From positions 71,284-135,283 of the forward strand of contig JACRBQ010000028.1 of NCBI GenBank assembly GCA_016213135.1: a DNA stretch of 64,000 bases, written 5' to 3'. How positions within the stretch are numbered: position 1 is the stretch's first letter; each line of letters starts with the position of its first letter. This DNA comes from Chloroflexota bacterium. GTDB taxonomy: Bacteria > Chloroflexota > Anaerolineae > Anaerolineales > VGOW01. Position numbers and translations under genes: made by a program. The notes beneath the pieces are model-generated. The model made no database searches. It was given only the letters and a program-made list of their open reading frames with translations, and was not told where the DNA came from. Below, in pieces: positions 18,260 through 26,287 of the stretch.

Positions 18260-18375
18260 AGGGCGATTCGCGTATCGCCTTGTAAGGGCGATTCGCGTAT
18301 CGCCTTGTAAGGGCGATTCGCGTATCGCCTTGTAAGGGCGATTCATGAATCGCCCCTACAAGAATCGCCCCTACG
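18260..18375. repeat. 25-bp tandem repeat: 3 perfect copies plus degenerate copies, each unit a small palindrome
   Basis: Unit agggcgattcgcgtatcgccttgta at 18260-18284, 18285-18309 and 18310-18334. Then agggcgattcatgaatcgcccctaca and agaatcgcccctacgattca. Arms GGCGAT/ATCGCC; the 4th unit holds the perfect palindrome GGGCGATTCATGAATCGCCC. Confidence 0.9.
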
Positions 18376-18377
18376 AT

Positions 18378-19607
18378 TCATGCCGAATACTCGTGAAACC
18401 CTTTGCCGGCGGCCCGGCCCAAATGCCCGGCCCGCACTTTGGTGCGCAGCGTGCGCGACGGGCGGAAGCGCTCGCCGTGCTTCTTCTGCAACTCCTCGAG
18501 CTTGGCCACCACTACATCCAGCCCGATGAAGTCGGCCACGGCCAGCGGGCCGATGCGTTCGCCGCCGTAGGTCATGCCGGTGCCGGCCACCATCGCCATG
18601 TCGATGTCGTTCAACGATGCGATGCGCTCTTCAATGCACAGCGAGGCCTCGTTGATCAGCGGCATGATCAGCCGGTCAGGGTCGAAGCCCGGCAGGCCCT
18701 TCCGCACTTTGCCGCCGGCCTGCAAGTCGGCAATCATCTTCTTCGTCGGCTCGTCGGTTTCGTTGCCGTAGCCGTAGAAGCCTGCGCCGCTTTTTTCGCC
18801 CAATCGCCCGGCCTTCACCAGTTCCACAAACAGTTCGGCCCCGTGCATACGCGAGCCGTATTCCTGCTCAAGGTATAGGCCCACGTGCGCGCACACGTCC
18901 AGCCCCAGCATGTCCATCAAAAAGAACGGCCCCATAGGCATGCCCCACTCCTGCATTTTCTGGTCAATTTCGTTGGCCGAGGCCGCCCCCTCTTGCAGGC
19001 TCAGCACGGCCTCGTTGAGGTAGGGCACCAGCAGCCGGTTGACGAGGAAGCCCGGGCACTCTTGCACCACCACTGCAATCTTGCGCAGAGACTCGGTGAA
19101 TTGCACCACGTCGTCCACCGTCTCTTGCGTGGTGTCGAGGCCGGGGATGATCTCCACCAGCTTCATCACGTGCGCCGGATTGAAGAAGTGCATGCCGATC
19201 ATCTTGCCGGGTCGGCCCGAGTAGCGGCCCATCTCCGAGATGGATAGCGCCGAGGTATTCGAGGCGAACAGCGTGGCCTCCGGCACCGCTTTGGCGATCT
19301 CGGTCAGCACGGCTTGCTTGATCTTCATCGTCTCCGGCACGGCTTCGATCACGATGTCCACGTCGCCGAAATCACCATAGGTCAGCGCGGGCGTGACGAG
19401 CGACAGCTTGCCATCCATCTCGCCGGCGGACATCTTGCCCTTGTCCACCCGGCCCTGATAAATTTTGCGGATGCGGGCCATGCCCTTATCCAGCATGGCC
19501 TGATCCACGTCTTTCAGAACAACCGGCAAGCCTGAGAACGAGATGACTTGCGCGATCTCGGCGCCCATGGCCCCCGCGCCGATGACTGCTGCTTTGAAGA
19601 TATACAT
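18378..19607 (-). CDS. 3-hydroxyacyl-CoA dehydrogenase (NAD-binding, long form with duplicated C-terminal domain)
   Basis: Track ORF trimmed to ATG at 19607 (MYIFKAAVIGAGAMGAEIAQV...), preceded by GGAGGG. Rossmann motif GAGAMG and HFFNPA motif. Confidence 0.9.
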   Translation of the reverse strand: MYIFKAAVIGAGAMGAEIAQVISFSGLPVVLKDVDQAMLDKGMARIRKIYQGRVDKGKMSAGEMDGKLSLVTPALTYGDFGDVDIVIEAVPETMKIKQAVLTEIAKAVPEATLFASNTSALSISEMGRYSGRPGKMIGMHFFNPAHVMKLVEIIPGLDTTQETVDDVVQFTESLRKIAVVVQECPGFLVNRLLVPYLNEAVLSLQEGAASANEIDQKMQEWGMPMGPFFLMDMLGLDVCAHVGLYLEQEYGSRMHGAELFVELVKAGRLGEKSGAGFYGYGNETDEPTKKMIADLQAGGKVRKGLPGFDPDRLIMPLINEASLCIEERIASLNDIDMAMVAGTGMTYGGERIGPLAVADFIGLDVVVAKLEELQKKHGERFRPSRTLRTKVRAGHLGRAAGKGFHEYSA

Positions 19608-19620
19608 GATCCCTCCAAAC

Positions 19621-19686
19621 GACAAATGACGAATGACGAATGATGAATGGGACCGCCATTCCGCATTCATCGTTCCGCATTCCGCG
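19621..19686. repeat. Heptamer-periodic intergenic element (gacgaat type) with a complementary right half
   Basis: gacaaat gacgaat gacgaat gatgaat gggaccg ccattcc gcattca tcgttcc gcattcc. TGA recurs at 7-nt spacing. Confidence 0.8.
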
Positions 19687-20901
19687 TTAGAAATGCTCGA
19701 TCACCAACGCCGCGCCCTGGCCGCCGGCGGCGCACAGCGTGGCCAACCCGTAGCGGGCCGGCTTGCCTTCCCTGGCCCGGCGCTTCATTTCGTGCAGCAT
19801 GGTGACCACGATGCGCACGCCCGAGGATCCCACGGGGTGCCCCAGGGCAATCGCCCCGCCGTTCACGTTCACCTTGCTCCAGTCCCAGCCTTCATCTTTC
19901 AGCGCCTTGCCCACCGACAGCACTTGCGCGGCGAAGGCTTCGTTGACTTCGATAAGGTCCATATCCTTCAGCGCCAGCCCCGATTTCTTGAGGGCCTTGG
20001 GCACGGCAAACGCCGGGGCCACGCCCATGCGGTGCGGCTCCACACCGGCGAAGCCGTAGCCGACGATTCTCGCCATCGGCGTGTAGCCAAGCGCCTGTGC
20101 CTTCTCGGCGGTCATCATCAGCATGGCGCTGGCGCCGTCTGAGATGCCGCACGAGTTGGCCGGAGTGACACTGCCGCCTTCTTTGAATATGGTCGGATAG
20201 AGCGCGGCTTTTTGCAGCGTCAGCCCGGGGTTGATGGTCTCATCCTGCGTCACTTTCTCCCGCGCCACTTCGCTGCCGGCCACCTTCTTCACCACTTCCA
20301 CCGGCACGATCTCGTCGGCGAACTTCTGCATCCGGGTAGCCATGAACGCCTTCTTGTGCGACTGCACGGCGTACTCGTCTTGCTCCTGCCGGCTGATGCC
20401 GAACTCTTCGACGAGATTCTCGGCCGTGCGGCCCATGAGCTGCCCGCAAATGGGATCGGTCAGGCCTTCCCACATGGCATCGGTGAACTGCGAATGGCGA
20501 ATCTTGAGTCCCCAGCGCGCGCCTTTCACAATGTACGGGATGTTGCTCATGCTTTCCACGCCGCCCACGAGGTAAATCTCCCCGTCGCCCACCTGGATGC
20601 TGCGCCACGCGTTGACGATGGCGTCCATGCCCGAGTCGCAATTGCGGGCTACGGTGTAGGCCGGAACTTCCTTGGGGATGCCCGCCATCAGCGCGGCCAC
20701 GCGGGTGATGTTGGGCGCGTCGGACGGCTGGGCGATGCAGCCAAAGATGACCTCGGCGATGCTGGCCGAATCGATCTTCGTGCGCTCCAACAATGCTTTG
20801 ATCACCGTGACGGCCAGCGCCTTGGCGTCCACGTCGCGGAACGCGCCGCCGTGGTTGCCCACGGGCGTGCGCACGGCATCTACGATTACGACATCTTTCA
20901 T
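19687..20901 (-). CDS. Acetyl-CoA C-acetyltransferase / 3-ketoacyl-CoA thiolase
   Basis: 404 aa; thiolase signatures (VARNCDSGMDAI active-site Cys region, NVNGGAIALGHPVGSSG, GLATLCAAGGQG). Confidence 0.92.
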   Translation of the reverse strand: MKDVVIVDAVRTPVGNHGGAFRDVDAKALAVTVIKALLERTKIDSASIAEVIFGCIAQPSDAPNITRVAALMAGIPKEVPAYTVARNCDSGMDAIVNAWRSIQVGDGEIYLVGGVESMSNIPYIVKGARWGLKIRHSQFTDAMWEGLTDPICGQLMGRTAENLVEEFGISRQEQDEYAVQSHKKAFMATRMQKFADEIVPVEVVKKVAGSEVAREKVTQDETINPGLTLQKAALYPTIFKEGGSVTPANSCGISDGASAMLMMTAEKAQALGYTPMARIVGYGFAGVEPHRMGVAPAFAVPKALKKSGLALKDMDLIEVNEAFAAQVLSVGKALKDEGWDWSKVNVNGGAIALGHPVGSSGVRIVVTMLHEMKRRAREGKPARYGLATLCAAGGQGAALVIEHF

Positions 20902-20923
20902 TGCGGCTCTCCTTCTGAAAGAA

Positions 20924-20982
20924 CATCAAATTCCAAACTTCAAACCCCAAATTCGGAGTTTGATATTTGAAATTTTAAATTG
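20924..20982. repeat. AT-rich heptamer-periodic dyad element between the TetR and thiolase genes
   Basis: catcaaa ttccaaa cttcaaa ccccaaa ttcggag tttgata tttgaaa ttttaaa. The right half roughly complements the left. It lies in the likely promoter/operator region. Confidence 0.7.
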
Positions 20983-21657
20983 TTATTGCGTTTTCAATCC
21001 CTTGAGCACCAACTCCATCACTCCGTTGTAAAGCGTTTGCACCTCCAGCGCCACCAGCTCGCGCCTGAGCGGGTGTGAGATGAGCACCAGCGCGCCGTTG
21101 AGCGCCGCCCAGTACATGCCCGCCGCTTGTCTGGCATCGGTCACGGCAAAATCGCCGTCATCCATGCCTTGTTGGATGGCCCGCACTGCCCAGTGCAACC
21201 CTTGCACCGACCGCAACAGGATTTGCTGATACAGCTCCGCCGACACGGACTCCTGAAACTGGCCGCGGTCAAAGGCCATGATGAGCCGATAGTAGTCGTG
21301 GGTGTTTTGGAAGAAGTCGAGGTAAGTGGCGGAGATGCGGCGTAGCCGGGTTTCGGCGGGCAGGGGGGTGGCTTCGGCATAGGCTTCGGATAATCGCTGC
21401 ACCAGCACATCCAGGCCTTCCAAAAGCAAATGAGCCAGGATTGTTTCCTTGCTCTCGAAATACAGATAGAAGGTGCCCTTGGCTACCTGGGCGCGGGCGG
21501 CCACGTCGTCAACCGTGGCGCGATGGATGCCATTGTGGAAAAACACTTCACGGGCGGCGGCCAGGATGGCGTCACGGCGGACAATGGTTTCGCGTTCGCG
21601 CCGTGCTCGGGCCGGCGTCGTCTTCCGCTTGGGTGGGGCTTTCTGACTGGCGGTCAT
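20983..21657 (-). CDS. TetR/AcrR-family transcriptional regulator (likely regulator of the downstream beta-oxidation operon)
   Basis: Trimmed to ATG at 21657 (MTASQKAPPKRKTT...). TetR HTH region (ILAAAREVFFHNGIHRATVDDVAARAQVAKGTFYLYF). Confidence 0.85.
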   Translation of the reverse strand: MTASQKAPPKRKTTPARARRERETIVRRDAILAAAREVFFHNGIHRATVDDVAARAQVAKGTFYLYFESKETILAHLLLEGLDVLVQRLSEAYAEATPLPAETRLRRISATYLDFFQNTHDYYRLIMAFDRGQFQESVSAELYQQILLRSVQGLHWAVRAIQQGMDDGDFAVTDARQAAGMYWAALNGALVLISHPLRRELVALEVQTLYNGVMELVLKGLKTQ

Positions 21658-21729
21658 ATTGTGACTAACAGTCAGTTTATTGCAATTTTCGGTCCGAGTC
21701 AATAACTGAGCCTTAAAATCTCGGCCAGA

Positions 21730-21765
21730 AACACAAAACAGCCCCGACGGGTAGGCGGGGCTGTT
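21730..21765 (-). terminator. Rho-independent terminator after the Ser/Thr kinase gene
   Basis: ACAGCCCCG (21738-21746) pairs with CGGGGCTGT (21756-21764). On the minus strand TTTTGTGTTT follows. Confidence 0.6.
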
Positions 21766-21786
21766 GGGGGTGAGAGCTGACCTACC

Positions 21787-24039
21787 CTAAGGGGTGGGCT
21801 GGTAGGGCGGCGCGATTACCGGCTGCGGGGACTCGCGCGGGTCCGAAAGGAAATCGGCGGGCAGGGGGATGGGCGTGTACGTTTTGCCGGTGTTGATGGT
21901 GCCGTAATCCATGTAATACAACTCGGTACGACTGTCGGCGCCCTTCAGTATGTCCTGGAAGGCAAAGGCGAACTTAGTGCCGTCGGCGCTCCACTGCGGG
22001 TCGCGGTAGCAGCAGGCGCTGGTTAGAACCGGGTTGAGTTTCACCGGGCGGCGGAATGTGTCGGAGTTGTAGACATACAGGTCGCCGAAGCCGCCGTTGC
22101 GCACCACATCGATCAACGCGAACAGCGATTCGCCGTTCCAGCCGAAGGTTTCAATGGATGGATGGACTTCGTAGTTAGCCATGGTAAAACGGCTGCCCGG
22201 AAAGAGGTCCTTCAAATCCAGGAAGTTGCTGCCGCATTTGAAACCCAGAAGTTTAACGGCCTCGACTGCGCGTCCGGCCTGCTGGGCTATAGCGACCACG
22301 GCAATCCTTGTGCCATCGCGCGACATGCGTATGTAGCGCGTGCCGCTGGCTGAATCCGACACGCAAGTGGCAATGCGCCCCAGTTCCGCCCGCGAGGTGA
22401 TGGGTTCCAACACCTCGGGGTTGAACTCAGTAATGAACGTCAGTCGGTCCACGCTCACGGCAATCAACTTGCCGCCCGAGGACACGTCGAAGCCCTCCAG
22501 AAAGTCCGAGGAGTTGAAACAGCCGAGGCCATGGTCTTCGGATGTAAAGATGTTGGTCGTGAGGATGCACCGGCCTGAGATGAAGCCGATGGTCTGGCCA
22601 TCCGGCAGCCAGCGCAGGCTGCGCTTCTCGCCGCCGTCAAAGGTCACCTGTCGCAAATGGCTGCCGTCGACAGGGTTGACCACCCAGATGTCGCTCTTGT
22701 TGACGAACGCCAACTTCGGCTCGGAGATGAGAGCCTGCTGGTCACCTGCGGCCTGAGCGGTGGCGGTCGTCTGCGCCCCGACTGTCGCCTCCGCTGCCGC
22801 GGTGGCGCCGGCCTGCGCCAAAGCCGTGCCGGTGGCCTGGCTTACCAATGCCAGGGCCTCGTTGGTGGCTTGCAGGTCGGTCGTTTCGGTTTGTGCGGCC
22901 CCGGCGGTGGCAGTGCGCTGAGCCAGACTGGCGGCCTCGATCGCCGCGGCGGTGGTTGTCAGTTGCTCGCCCGAAACCGCCGCGGTGGGCGCGACCGACG
23001 TCTGGCCGCGCGACCCGAGAATTCCACTGCCGAAGAGTGCGCCCGCCAAGATGCCCACCACCACCAACCCGCCCACAAGGAAAAGCCACGCCGGAACTTT
23101 CCGTTGCGGCGTGGGCGGCGCCATCGGCTGCGTTTGAATAATCGCAGCCGGCAGCGGGCCGGAGTGCACCATGGTGGCGGTGACGCTTGCCGGTGGCGCC
23201 GCCACCACCTCGCCGCGGGCTACGGCGCTCAGGGCCAACGCCAAATCCCTGGCTGTAGCAAACCGATCTTGGCGCTCCTTGGCCATCGCCTGCGCGATTA
23301 CGGTTTCGATGGCCGGGGGCAGGTTGGGATTGGCCGAAAGAATCTGCGGCACAGGGTCTGTAATGTGCTTGACGATGACGCCCATGGCCGTATCGGATTC
23401 GTAAGGCAACCGCCCGGCGAGCATTTCAAACACGATACCGCCGAGCGAATAAATGTCGCTGCGCCCGTCGATCTCTTTTTCGCCGCGAGCCTGCTCCGGA
23501 CTCATGTAGGCGGGTGTGCCAATAAGCCCGGTGCCGGTATAGGTGCCGCCGCCGCCGGTGGCAATTTTGGCAATGCCAAAATCGGACACGTACGGCGAGC
23601 CGCGCTGATCGAAAAGAATGTTGCCCGGTTTGAGATCGCGGTGCACGATGCCGCGCGCGTGCGCCTCGTCCAGCGCCGGAGCCAGGCGGGCGAGAATACT
23701 CGCCGTTTCCTCCAACGACAGCGGCCCATGCTCGAGCTTGTCGGCCAGCGAACCGCCCGACATGATCCGCATCACAAAATACAGTTGGCCCTTGTCCTCG
23801 CCGAAGTCGTACAGCGGCACTATGGCCGGATGCTCCAGCAGGGCGATGGTCTGCACTTCGCGTTCGAAGCGCGCGCGGAAGGAGGGATCGTGCAAGAACT
23901 CGGGCGGCAAAATCTTAATTGCCACGTCGCGTTTAACCTGCGGATCGAAACCGTGGAACACGGTTGCCATTCCGCCGCGGCCAAGCTCGCCTTTAATTTC
24001 GTAACGCCCGATGGAAGAGGGAAGAGAGGGTTGCGTCAT
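21787..24039 (-). CDS. Ser/Thr protein kinase with TM helix, Ala/Thr-rich linker and extracytoplasmic TolB-like (PD40) beta-propeller domain
   Basis: 750 aa; Hanks motifs (GRGGMATVF, AIK, HRDLKPGNIL, DFG, TPAYMSPE). TM WLFLVGGLVVVGILAGALF; low-complexity A/T/Q linker. C-terminal repeats of the type DIWVVNPVDGSHLRQVTFDG. Confidence 0.9.
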   Translation of the reverse strand: MTQPSLPSSIGRYEIKGELGRGGMATVFHGFDPQVKRDVAIKILPPEFLHDPSFRARFEREVQTIALLEHPAIVPLYDFGEDKGQLYFVMRIMSGGSLADKLEHGPLSLEETASILARLAPALDEAHARGIVHRDLKPGNILFDQRGSPYVSDFGIAKIATGGGGTYTGTGLIGTPAYMSPEQARGEKEIDGRSDIYSLGGIVFEMLAGRLPYESDTAMGVIVKHITDPVPQILSANPNLPPAIETVIAQAMAKERQDRFATARDLALALSAVARGEVVAAPPASVTATMVHSGPLPAAIIQTQPMAPPTPQRKVPAWLFLVGGLVVVGILAGALFGSGILGSRGQTSVAPTAAVSGEQLTTTAAAIEAASLAQRTATAGAAQTETTDLQATNEALALVSQATGTALAQAGATAAAEATVGAQTTATAQAAGDQQALISEPKLAFVNKSDIWVVNPVDGSHLRQVTFDGGEKRSLRWLPDGQTIGFISGRCILTTNIFTSEDHGLGCFNSSDFLEGFDVSSGGKLIAVSVDRLTFITEFNPEVLEPITSRAELGRIATCVSDSASGTRYIRMSRDGTRIAVVAIAQQAGRAVEAVKLLGFKCGSNFLDLKDLFPGSRFTMANYEVHPSIETFGWNGESLFALIDVVRNGGFGDLYVYNSDTFRRPVKLNPVLTSACCYRDPQWSADGTKFAFAFQDILKGADSRTELYYMDYGTINTGKTYTPIPLPADFLSDPRESPQPVIAPPYQPTP

Positions 24040-24252
24040 ATTTCTCGAATTCGTTCAGCCCAATTTCACAGTGGCAGATTGTCTCTCATTTGTCGGGATT
24101 GCGCAACCTGCCGGCGATTGGCGATTGACGTGTGTCACGCCAAGACCGACGCGGCCTGCTTCGCAAAAACCGCGTCGGTCTGCCTGTTTGCTGAGGTTTT
24201 TTGCGTGCACGCCGACGGTTCGACACGGCTTTCTGTTCCTGTCGACATCGCC

Positions 24253-24258
24253 TATAAT
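24253..24258 (+). promoter_or_regulatory. Candidate -10 box (TATAAT) placed for a leaderless mutL transcript
   Basis: A perfect TATAAT at 24253-24258 lies 6 nt upstream of the mutL GTG at 24265. No Shine-Dalgarno sequence sits between them. Only a weak -35 candidate (TTCTGT, 24231-24236). Confidence 0.3.
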
Positions 24259-24264
24259 CTCGCA

Positions 24265-26121
24265 GTGCCCATCCGATTGCTCTCCGAGGACGTTGCTTCC
24301 CAGATCGCCGCCGGCGAAGTCGTCGAACGGCCCGCCTCCGTCGTCAAGGAACTGCTCGAAAACGCGCTCGATGCGGGGGCCCGCACCCTCAACATTGACG
24401 TCGAGGGCGCCGGCCGCGCCCTCATCCGCGTGTCCGACGACGGCTCGGGCATCCCTGCAGCCGAACTGGCGCTGGCCTTTGCCCGCCACGCCACCTCGAA
24501 GATCACGTCGGCGGACGATCTATTCTCCGTATCCACCCTCGGCTTTCGCGGCGAGGCGCTGGCCTCCATCGCCTCCGTCTCGCGCACCAGCCTCGTCACT
24601 CGCGCCGTGGGCGAAGCCGACGGCACCCAACTCAAACTTGAGGGCGGCGCGACCACCAGCCGGGGACTTATCGGCGCGCCCCGGGGCACGGTCGTCACCG
24701 TCGAGAATCTTTTCTTCAACGTTCCCGCCCGCCTCAAATTTCTGAAGTCGGAAGTGTCGGAGCGGGGGCACATCCTTACGCTCGTCACCCGCTACGCCCT
24801 TGCCTATCCAACGGTGCGCATTCGCCTCAACTTCGATAATCGCACCGCTTTCCAGTCTTCGGGAAATGGGGACTTGCGCGAAACGTTGATCGCAGTCTAC
24901 GGCGTGGAGATCGCGCGACAACTTCTGGAAGTGACCCCTGCCGCCGACCCGGCCGCAACGCCCGAACTGCCGGTTCCGCTGGACGCCCACGATGCCGACC
25001 CGTGGCCCCCGGCGTTGCACGAACGCCCGCTGCGCCCGGCCCCGGCCATCACGGTCACCGGATATATCTCCACCCCGTCGCTCAATCGCTCCAACCGCAA
25101 AGAGATTGCGCTGTTCGTCAACGGGCGCTGGGTGCAAGACATCCGGCTTTCCGCGGCAGTGATTCAAGCCTACCACACGATGCTCATGGTGGGCCGTTAC
25201 CCAATCGTACTACTCATGCTCGGCGTGCCGCCGGCCGACGTAGACGTGAACGTTCATCCCACCAAAGCCGAAGTTCGCTTCCGCAAACCGGACCAGGCCT
25301 TCTCGGCAGTCGAGCGCGCCGTGCGGCGCACACTGCTGACCAGCGCCGCCGTGCCGCATTTTGAACCGGCCCACTGGAGCAGCCAGCCAGGCACTTTTAG
25401 CGCCCCGCCAATTTTCACGGATCTGCCCCCGCACTTCGATGCGGCCTCGGTTCCCCCCGTGGCGGCCCCGCCGCAGTCGGGCATTGAGCCAAATGCCACA
25501 TCGCCACAGCCGCCCGACCAGCCGCCGCTACCTACAGCCAACATGCCGCTACTGCGGGTCATCGGCCAAATTGGCGCGGCCTACATTGTGGCCGAAGGCC
25601 CCGACGGTCTGTATCTCGTCGACCAGCACGCCGCGCACGAACGGGTGCTATACGAAGCCCTCAGCCTCCAACGCGCCGCGGCGCAAGTGGTGTCGCAGGC
25701 CTTGCTGGATCCGGTGGCGGTAGAAGTGCCGGCCGATGCCGCCTATCTGCTGCAAACTCAAATCGACACCCTTAACGCCCTGGGCTTCAGCATCGAGCCG
25801 TTCGGGAGCAACACATTTTTGGTGCGGTCACTCCCCGCCGTACTAGGACCTATTGACCCGGCCCGGGCCGTGCGCGTGGTGGTGGAGGACTTTGAGGAGG
25901 ATGAAACAGCGCTGGCGGCCGAGGTGGAAGCGCGGCTCATTGCCCGCGTGTGCAAACGGGCGGCGGTCAAAGCGGGGCAGGTGCTTTCGCCGGCCGAGCA
26001 ATCCGAGCTTGTCCGGCGCCTGGAGGCTTGCCACTCGCCGCGCACCTGCCCGCACGGGCGCCCCACCATGATTCATTTGAGTGTGGATGCATTGGAAAAG
26101 CAATTCGGTCGGCGCGGCTGA
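24265..26121 (+). CDS. mutL: DNA mismatch repair protein MutL
   Basis: In-frame GTG at 24265 inside track ORF 22657..26121 gives VPIRLLSEDVASQIAAGEVVERPASVVKELLENALDAG..., the canonical MutL N-terminus. The upstream 536 codons are antisense to the kinase gene. C-terminal dimerisation domain present. Confidence 0.92.
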   Translation: MPIRLLSEDVASQIAAGEVVERPASVVKELLENALDAGARTLNIDVEGAGRALIRVSDDGSGIPAAELALAFARHATSKITSADDLFSVSTLGFRGEALASIASVSRTSLVTRAVGEADGTQLKLEGGATTSRGLIGAPRGTVVTVENLFFNVPARLKFLKSEVSERGHILTLVTRYALAYPTVRIRLNFDNRTAFQSSGNGDLRETLIAVYGVEIARQLLEVTPAADPAATPELPVPLDAHDADPWPPALHERPLRPAPAITVTGYISTPSLNRSNRKEIALFVNGRWVQDIRLSAAVIQAYHTMLMVGRYPIVLLMLGVPPADVDVNVHPTKAEVRFRKPDQAFSAVERAVRRTLLTSAAVPHFEPAHWSSQPGTFSAPPIFTDLPPHFDAASVPPVAAPPQSGIEPNATSPQPPDQPPLPTANMPLLRVIGQIGAAYIVAEGPDGLYLVDQHAAHERVLYEALSLQRAAAQVVSQALLDPVAVEVPADAAYLLQTQIDTLNALGFSIEPFGSNTFLVRSLPAVLGPIDPARAVRVVVEDFEEDETALAAEVEARLIARVCKRAAVKAGQVLSPAEQSELVRRLEACHSPRTCPHGRPTMIHLSVDALEKQFGRRG

Positions 26122-26189
26122 GGACGCTTTAACGACATGCGGGCCGCCGGCGTCAACTGCATGGTGCAACTGCAAGCTGCGCCCCAAAA

Positions 26190-26231
26190 CAAAACAGCAC
26201 GGCCCTCGCGGGGAGGGCCGTGCTGTTTTTC
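26190..26231. terminator. Bidirectional rho-independent terminator between convergent mutL and PPIase genes
   Basis: ACAGCACGGCCCTC (26194-26207), loop gcgg, GAGGGCCGTGCTGT (26212-26225). Flanked by an A-run upstream and TTTTT downstream. Confidence 0.75.
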
Positions 26232-26287
26232 AAAAGAAACTCAAGTCTGCATTTGCCGGGCGGCGTCTCGATAGAGCGCGGCCGCGC

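Noticed and set aside
18260-18375. Possible CRISPR array, because of perfect direct repeats
   Set aside because: The repeats are directly abutting 25-mers with no unique spacers, there are only 3-5 units, and no cas genes are nearby. It is a tandem palindromic repeat, not a CRISPR.
22657-24264. The N-terminal 536 codons of the 1154-aa ORF 22657..26121, which would make a giant MutL fusion
   Set aside because: This part is exactly antisense to the well-supported Ser/Thr kinase gene. It is Arg/Gly-rich low-complexity sequence typical of GC-rich shadow frames. The canonical MutL N-terminus begins at the in-frame GTG at 24265.
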